A stretch of 24,000 nucleotides of DNA from Treponema sp. (lineage in GTDB: Bacteria > Spirochaetota > Spirochaetia > Treponematales > Breznakiellaceae). Numbering within the stretch: position 1 is the first letter of the stretch; each line of letters begins with the position of its first letter. The DNA lies in the NCBI GenBank assembly GCA_009784935.1, contig WQXI01000016.1, positions 442-24,441 of the forward strand, given 5' to 3'. The translations under genes and the position numbers were made by a program. The notes beneath the pieces are model-generated. The model was not told the origin of the DNA. It saw only the letters and a program-made list of their open reading frames with translations, and searched no databases. Of the stretch, positions 18,098 through 24,000 are shown one piece after another.

Positions 18098-20485
18098 ATG
18101 CCTAAAAAAAGGGAATTTTCCGAAGAATTAGAGAAACTTGCAGAAGCGGGCAAGACTGGCAACTTCAATATTACTCTAAATTACGAAGGTCTGACAAATG
18201 AAGAAAAACTTGATATTCTCCTGATCAACGAGGCTGTCCGCAATTTTAAAAACGCGACTGAATATGACTTGATGAAATACAAACTCACAAGCGACGCTCT
18301 TGGTATTGCGCTGTGGGATATGGATGTCGTAAGCTCAGATCCTATCAATCCTGACAATACTTTTACATGGTCAAAAGAATTCAGGCATATGCTTGGTTTT
18401 AATGATGAACGGGATTTTCCGAATGTCACGCATAGCTGGAGCGACAGGCTTCATCCAGAGGACAAGGAAATTACTCTTAATGCATTCGCCGCGCATCTTA
18501 ATGATTACTCAGGAAAAACGCCGTACGATATAGAATACCGCCTAATGCGCAAGAACGGGGAATACCGATATTATCATGCTTTTGGAACAACGCTCAGAGA
18601 TAAAAAAGGCGCTCCTCTCAGAGTAGCCGGAGCTTTAAGAGATATAAACGAAGAAAAAATATTAATTAAAGAAAGAACAGAAGCCGAAATAGCAAATCAG
18701 ACTAAATCAACTTTTCTTGCAAACATGAGCCACGAAATCCGTACTCCGATGAATGCGATTCTCGGCATTACAGATATTTTAATGATGCAAAAAGGATTGT
18801 CAGAAGAAACCGAATCCGGACTTGATCAAATTCATAATTCCTGCGATCTGCTTTTGGGCATTATAAATGACATACTTGACTTTTCCAAAATAGAAGCGGG
18901 AAAAATGGACATCATACCTGCTCAGTATATAATAGCAAGTTTAATAAATGATTCTGTGCACCTTAATATGATGCGAATGGACGGCAAACCTATCGAATTT
19001 GAACTGCAGGTAGACGAAAACCTTCCGGCAAAATTGTTCGGTGATGCGCTTCGTATAAAACAAATTTTAAACAACCTGCTGTCAAATGCGTTTAAATATA
19101 CAGAATCCGGCAAAGTTACCCTGTCTATTACAAGTGAACCAAAACCAGAATACGCATATATTGATCTTATTATAAGCGTTAGAGATACCGGCCACGGCAT
19201 GACAAGAGAACAAATGAGTACGCTGTATGAAGAATATTCCCGCTTTGATTTAAAAGCAAACACAATAGAAGGAACAGGTCTTGGACTCGCAATAACACAG
19301 CATTTGATACATTACATGAACGGCAGTATTAAGGTAGAAAGCGAACCGGGAAAGGGCTCTCTTTTTATTGTTAATCTTCCGCAAAAATTGATAGACAAAG
19401 ATGTTCTCGGAAAAGAACTGGCGGAAAATTTAAAACAATTCCGCAGAAACTTTGTTCCGCAAATGCAAAGAAGCCAGATTACACGCGACCCTATGCCGTA
19501 CGGAAGCGTATTAATAGTAGATGATGTAGAAACTAATCTTTATGTTGCCGCAGGTCTTTTAAAGCCGTATTTGCTTCAGATAGAGACTGTAACAAAAGGA
19601 CGCGATGTAATTAATAAAATAAACAGCGGCAAAGTGTATGATATTATTTTTATGGATCACATGATGCCGGAAATGGACGGAATAGAGACAACTCAAAAAA
19701 TACGGGAACTTGGTTATACGCATACAATTGTCGCGCTTACGGCAAACGCAGTTGTCGGACAAGCGGAGATGTTTTTACAGAATGGATTTGACGATTTTAT
19801 TTCTAAACCGATAGATATACGCCAGTTAAATTTTATTTTAAATAAACATATCCGCGACAGACAACCGCCTGATGTAATCGAAGCTGTCTACAAACACATG
19901 AGCGAAATCTCATCCAGCGAGTATCTTAGTCCTGTAGATTCGCTTTTGCTGGAATCATTTACAAGAGACGCAAAAAAAACAGCCGATCTTTTGGATGAGC
20001 TGTTTGATGCCCAAAAACTAGAAGAGAACGATGACGATTTAAAAAAGTTTACAGTTGCTGTTCATGGCATAAAAAGCGCATTAAAAAGCATAAACGAAAC
20101 AAAACTTTCTGAGCTGGCTTTTGTACTGGAAACTGCAGGCAGAGCGCTAGATACCGATCTTATAAAAGCGTCGGCTCCCGAGTTCTTAATCGAACTGCGC
20201 GCATTAATAAAATATCTTGAACTAAAATTAGATTCTGATAACGCTCAAAATGAGGTTTCTGCCGAGAATGAAAACATTAATGACCTGCGTAATAAACTGC
20301 AAATTTTAATAAAATTATGCGCAGATTTTGACAGGAAAGGTGTGCTAGAATTAATAGCTGGGATGAATTTTTGTTCCAAAAAAACAAGGGGAGTTCTGGA
20401 TATTATAAAGGAATTTGTTTTGCATAGCGAGTTTGAAAAAGCAGGAAATACTGCGAAAAAATATTTTGATAAAGTGCAGCTTTAG
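18098..20485 (+). CDS. Hybrid sensor histidine kinase: PAS, HisKA, HATPase, receiver, Hpt-like
   Basis: PAS/PAC segment (FTWSKEFRHMLGF..YRLMRKNGEYRYYHAFGTTLRDKKG), H-box FLANMSHEIRTPMNAI, N-box NNLLSNAFKYT, DTGHGM, receiver VLIVDDVETNL..DIIFMDHMMPEMDG..ALTANAVVGQ..FISKPID, C-terminal AVHGIKSALKSI. Confidence 0.95.
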   Translation: MPKKREFSEELEKLAEAGKTGNFNITLNYEGLTNEEKLDILLINEAVRNFKNATEYDLMKYKLTSDALGIALWDMDVVSSDPINPDNTFTWSKEFRHMLGFNDERDFPNVTHSWSDRLHPEDKEITLNAFAAHLNDYSGKTPYDIEYRLMRKNGEYRYYHAFGTTLRDKKGAPLRVAGALRDINEEKILIKERTEAEIANQTKSTFLANMSHEIRTPMNAILGITDILMMQKGLSEETESGLDQIHNSCDLLLGIINDILDFSKIEAGKMDIIPAQYIIASLINDSVHLNMMRMDGKPIEFELQVDENLPAKLFGDALRIKQILNNLLSNAFKYTESGKVTLSITSEPKPEYAYIDLIISVRDTGHGMTREQMSTLYEEYSRFDLKANTIEGTGLGLAITQHLIHYMNGSIKVESEPGKGSLFIVNLPQKLIDKDVLGKELAENLKQFRRNFVPQMQRSQITRDPMPYGSVLIVDDVETNLYVAAGLLKPYLLQIETVTKGRDVINKINSGKVYDIIFMDHMMPEMDGIETTQKIRELGYTHTIVALTANAVVGQAEMFLQNGFDDFISKPIDIRQLNFILNKHIRDRQPPDVIEAVYKHMSEISSSEYLSPVDSLLLESFTRDAKKTADLLDELFDAQKLEENDDDLKKFTVAVHGIKSALKSINETKLSELAFVLETAGRALDTDLIKASAPEFLIELRALIKYLELKLDSDNAQNEVSAENENINDLRNKLQILIKLCADFDRKGVLELIAGMNFCSKKTRGVLDIIKEFVLHSEFEKAGNTAKKYFDKVQL

Positions 20486-20494
20486 GAGAATCAT

Positions 20495-23400
20495 ATGTTC
20501 ATTACAAAACATTTCTTTCGTTTGATATTAATTACATTATTCTTAACTCTTCCTGTTTGTTTTATGAACTGTAAAAAAACAACAGAACATCAATCTGCGG
20601 CATTTGAATCATTTATAAATATACCCGGTATAACAACGGAAGAAATTGCGGCTATTAATGAGCTAAAGAATGAATATAACAAATTTGTTTTTAGCGTGCT
20701 GCCGTCTACAACAGCATTTCTTGACAGCAGCGGTGAGATAGGAGGATTCTTTGCACTGTTCTGCGATTGGCTTACCGGTTTATTCGGCATTTCGTTTGTG
20801 CCGGAGTATGTTGAATGGAACGATTTTCTTGCCAAGCTTGCAAGTTTCGAAGTTGATTTTACAGGCGCAATGACACCAACAGAAGAACGGTTAAAAACTT
20901 ATTATATGACATCACCGATTGCAATGCAGATAATCAAATCTTACCAAATTACAGGGAGCGAATCCATAGAAAATATAACACAGAGACGCCTCCCAAGGTA
21001 TGCTTTTATTCTAGATACTTCCATAATAAATGATATAGCTGCCGCTGTTGGAAGCGATACATTCGAAACTATACTTGTAAGAAGCACTGACGAAGCATAC
21101 GAATTTTTAAAAACCGGACAAGCTGATGCTTTTCTTTACTCCGATGCTGTCGAGGTTTCCTTTGATAAATTCGGAGACGTTACTGCCAAAGATTTTTTTC
21201 CATTAATTTATAACCCTGTATCGCTTGCAACACAGAATCCAAAACTAAATCCGATAATTACTGCGGTTCAAAAAGCTCTTGATAACGGAGCGCACAGCAG
21301 CCTGACTACAATATATAATCAAGGGCATAAGGAATACCAAAGAAACAAACTGCGCAATCAGTTTACAGAAGAAGAGCGCGAATATATTAGAAACAATCCT
21401 GTTATTCCTGTCGGAGCAATTTATAGCAACTATCCTGTCAGCTTCTTTAACAATAGAGAAAATGAGTTCCAGGGGATATTCTTTGATTTACTTGACGAGA
21501 TAGAATCAATGACAGGTTTAGTTTTTAAACTTGCAAATGATCAGTACACAGAATGGGGAACAATACAGGAAATGCTAAGAAACAAAGAAGTCTTTTTTGT
21601 ATCTGATATGATCTGGACAAGAGCCCGCGAAGAATATTTTATATGGTCGGAGACTTCGATACATAATGATAGTTATGCGCTTATTTCTAAACTGGATTTT
21701 CCCAATGTTTCGACTAACGAAATCCTTAACTCAAAAATCGGCTTGACGCGGGAAACTGCCTATACTGCTATGTTCAAGCAATGGTTTCCCGGACATGAGA
21801 ACACGATAGAATATAACGGTATCGAAGAAACTTTTAATGCTATGCGCAACAATAAAGTGGACATGGTTATGACTACAGAAAGAAGGCTCATGTTTCTTAC
21901 GCATTATCAGGAACTTTCCGGATATAAAGTAAATTATGTTTTTAATCAGAGCATAAGCACAAGGTTTGGATTTAATAAAGATGGAGAAGTATTACGCTCA
22001 ATTATTGACAAGGCGCTCAATACTATTGATACAGAAGGAATCTCCAACCAATGGATGCGCAAGACTTTTGATTACCGCGCAAAGGTTTTAGAAGCGCAGC
22101 GCCCGCTGCTGTATGGGTCTTTGGTTTTGGGTGCATGCGTTATTTCTCTGCTTGTCATTTTATTTATAAGGAGCCGCTATACAGGTAAACAGCTGGAAGC
22201 TCTTGTAAAAGAAAAAACACGCGATTTAGCGGATAGTTATAATTATGCGCAAAAAGCGCGCGAAGAAGCGGAGCATGCAAACCGCGCAAAGTCTTCTTTT
22301 CTTGCAAACATGAGCCACGAAATACGCACACCGATGAACGCCATAATGGGAGTTACCGATATATTAATGCAGAACGAAAAACTTCCCAGCGAAATAGAAG
22401 ACGGACTGGAAATGATTTTTGCATCAAGCGAAATGCTTTTGGGTATTATCAATGACATATTGGATTTTTCTAAAATAGAAGCGGGCAAACTGGACATTAT
22501 TCCAGCTCCTTATCAAGTTGCCAGCATGATCAATGACGCAGTGCATTTAAACATGATGAGGATCGGAAACAGGCCTATTCAATTTGAATTAAAAATTGAT
22601 GAATCCATTCCTGCAGAACTTATAGGCGACGAACTTCGCATAAAACAAATTTTAAATAACGCTCTCTCTAATGCTTTTAAATATACAGATTCCGGCAAAG
22701 TAACAATGTCAATTTCGGCTAAATCCGACAGAGGCGGTAAAAACACAACGCTTGTTTTCTGCATTCAAGACACAGGCCATGGTATGACAAACGAACAGCT
22801 TAAAAGACTGTTTGAAGAATACTCGCGTTTTAGTGAAAACACTAAACGCACCATAGAAGGCACAGGATTAGGTTTTTCTATTATGCAGAGGCTGGTTAAT
22901 CTTATGAACGGCTCAATTAATGTAGAGAGCGAACCGGATAGAGGAACCTCAGTCACAGTCCAACTGCCGCAGATAATAGCGGAAGGCAGCGCAATGCTTG
23001 GGCAGGATATTATCGATAATTTACGGCGTTTCCAAATCAATAATATAGTACACAAAAGAAATATAAGATTTAAACGCGAACCTATGCCTTACGGCAGAGT
23101 TCTGATTGTTGATGACACAGAGACTAATCTTTTTGTCGCAGAAAGGCTTATGAGACTTTATAAACTGCAGATCGAAACTGCTGTAAACGGAAGAGAAGCC
23201 GTTGATAAAATTACAAACGGAAACACATATGATATTATCTTTATGGATCATATGATGCCGGAAATGGATGGTATAGAAGCAACTAAAAAAATTCGTGAGT
23301 GGGAAGCCGAACAGAATGCAAAAATAAAAAGCAAGAGTTTTACCGCGGATGAAAGCATGGAGTCTCCGAAGGAAACTCAAAGCAACAATGGGAAACCGCA

Positions 23401-24000
23401 CATGCGAACTCCTATTGTTGCACTAACCGCTAATGCAGTGGTAGGTCAGGCAGATGTATTTTTGAAAAACGGCTTTGACGCTTTTATATCCAAACCGCTC
23501 GATATTAACCAACTGGATATTACGCTGAATAAAATGATACGCGATAAACAACCGCCGGAAGTTATCGAAGCTGCACGCAGAGAACAAGCGGCTGAACAGG
23601 ACATACCTGCCGAACAAACAGATACAGAGCCTCTTTTATTGGAATCATTTATTAGAGACGCGCAAAAAGCAGTAACTTTATTAAAAGAACTAATTAAGGA
23701 TTCTGCCTATAAAAATAACGATAATCTGCAAAAATACATCACTTGTGTTCATGGTATGGGAAGTTCTCTATTGGCTGTAAACGAAAAAGAGCTGTCCGGT
23801 AAAGCACGAAGGCTTGAACAGGCAGGCCGTGATAAAGATTTTGATCTTATCTCCGCTTCTTCTCCGGAATTAATAAATGATTTATGCCTTTTATTAGAAA
23901 AAATCAAACCCGCGCATAAAGAAGAAACCACAGATGATAATATCGAAGAGCTCCTGAAAATTTTACCTGCTCTAATAGAAAAACTGTCTGATTATAACAG
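20495..24000 (+). CDS. Hybrid sensor kinase with tandem periplasmic SBP-like sensor domains (EvgS/BvgS-like layout), partial at window end
   Basis: Open from ATG20495 (TTTAGGAGAA just upstream) to the window edge; hydrophobic N-terminus, two substrate-binding-like regions, TM (LVLGACVISLLVIFIIRSRY), FLANMSHEIRTPMNAIMGVTDIL, NNALSNAFKYTDSGKV, DTGHGM, VLIVDDTETNL..DIIFMDHMMPEMDG, HGMGSSL. Not in the supplied ORF track because it is open-ended. Confidence 0.92.
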   Translation, partial: MFITKHFFRLILITLFLTLPVCFMNCKKTTEHQSAAFESFINIPGITTEEIAAINELKNEYNKFVFSVLPSTTAFLDSSGEIGGFFALFCDWLTGLFGISFVPEYVEWNDFLAKLASFEVDFTGAMTPTEERLKTYYMTSPIAMQIIKSYQITGSESIENITQRRLPRYAFILDTSIINDIAAAVGSDTFETILVRSTDEAYEFLKTGQADAFLYSDAVEVSFDKFGDVTAKDFFPLIYNPVSLATQNPKLNPIITAVQKALDNGAHSSLTTIYNQGHKEYQRNKLRNQFTEEEREYIRNNPVIPVGAIYSNYPVSFFNNRENEFQGIFFDLLDEIESMTGLVFKLANDQYTEWGTIQEMLRNKEVFFVSDMIWTRAREEYFIWSETSIHNDSYALISKLDFPNVSTNEILNSKIGLTRETAYTAMFKQWFPGHENTIEYNGIEETFNAMRNNKVDMVMTTERRLMFLTHYQELSGYKVNYVFNQSISTRFGFNKDGEVLRSIIDKALNTIDTEGISNQWMRKTFDYRAKVLEAQRPLLYGSLVLGACVISLLVILFIRSRYTGKQLEALVKEKTRDLADSYNYAQKAREEAEHANRAKSSFLANMSHEIRTPMNAIMGVTDILMQNEKLPSEIEDGLEMIFASSEMLLGIINDILDFSKIEAGKLDIIPAPYQVASMINDAVHLNMMRIGNRPIQFELKIDESIPAELIGDELRIKQILNNALSNAFKYTDSGKVTMSISAKSDRGGKNTTLVFCIQDTGHGMTNEQLKRLFEEYSRFSENTKRTIEGTGLGFSIMQRLVNLMNGSINVESEPDRGTSVTVQLPQIIAEGSAMLGQDIIDNLRRFQINNIVHKRNIRFKREPMPYGRVLIVDDTETNLFVAERLMRLYKLQIETAVNGREAVDKITNGNTYDIIFMDHMMPEMDGIEATKKIREWEAEQNAKIKSKSFTADESMESPKETQSNNGKPHMRTPIVALTANAVVGQADVFLKNGFDAFISKPLDINQLDITLNKMIRDKQPPEVIEAARREQAAEQDIPAEQTDTEPLLLESFIRDAQKAVTLLKELIKDSAYKNNDNLQKYITCVHGMGSSLLAVNEKELSGKARRLEQAGRDKDFDLISASSPELINDLCLLLEKIKPAHKEETTDDNIEELLKILPALIEKLSDYN

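Noticed and set aside
22765-23617. Several minus-strand ORFs inside the second hybrid kinase
   Set aside because: All lie inside the continuous plus-strand kinase ORF that starts at 20495 and was omitted from the track because it has no stop within the window.

Overview
The window looks mostly like an ordinary chromosomal housekeeping region of a spirochaete/Treponema-like bacterium; that assignment is inferred from protein style only. Main content: (a) a probably frameshifted zinc-ribbon membrane protein; (b) a HicA/HicB-like toxin-antitoxin pair; (c) tRNA-Leu(TAA) followed by a TrpB2-type tryptophan synthase beta; (d) a compact minus-strand cluster: bacteriohemerythrin, thyA, folA, sugar nucleotidyltransferase, DUF368, mnmA; (e) NUDIX hydrolase; (f) LysM protein and lipoprotein pair; (g) YdbC/PC4-like protein; (h) groEL, murJ, der, CDP-alcohol phosphatidyltransferase, galactokinase; (i) two adjacent paralogous hybrid sensor kinases, the second running off the window end and missing from the ORF track. 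I found no convincing new defence or mobile system. The most interesting signals are repeat-derived: a dispersed 'CACGGAG' palindromic element family with one copy apparently inserted in frame inside folA; a ~15-bp palindromic tandem repeat forming the N-terminus of mnmA; and a run of three related hairpin structures, the first a possible three-way junction, between two convergent genes.
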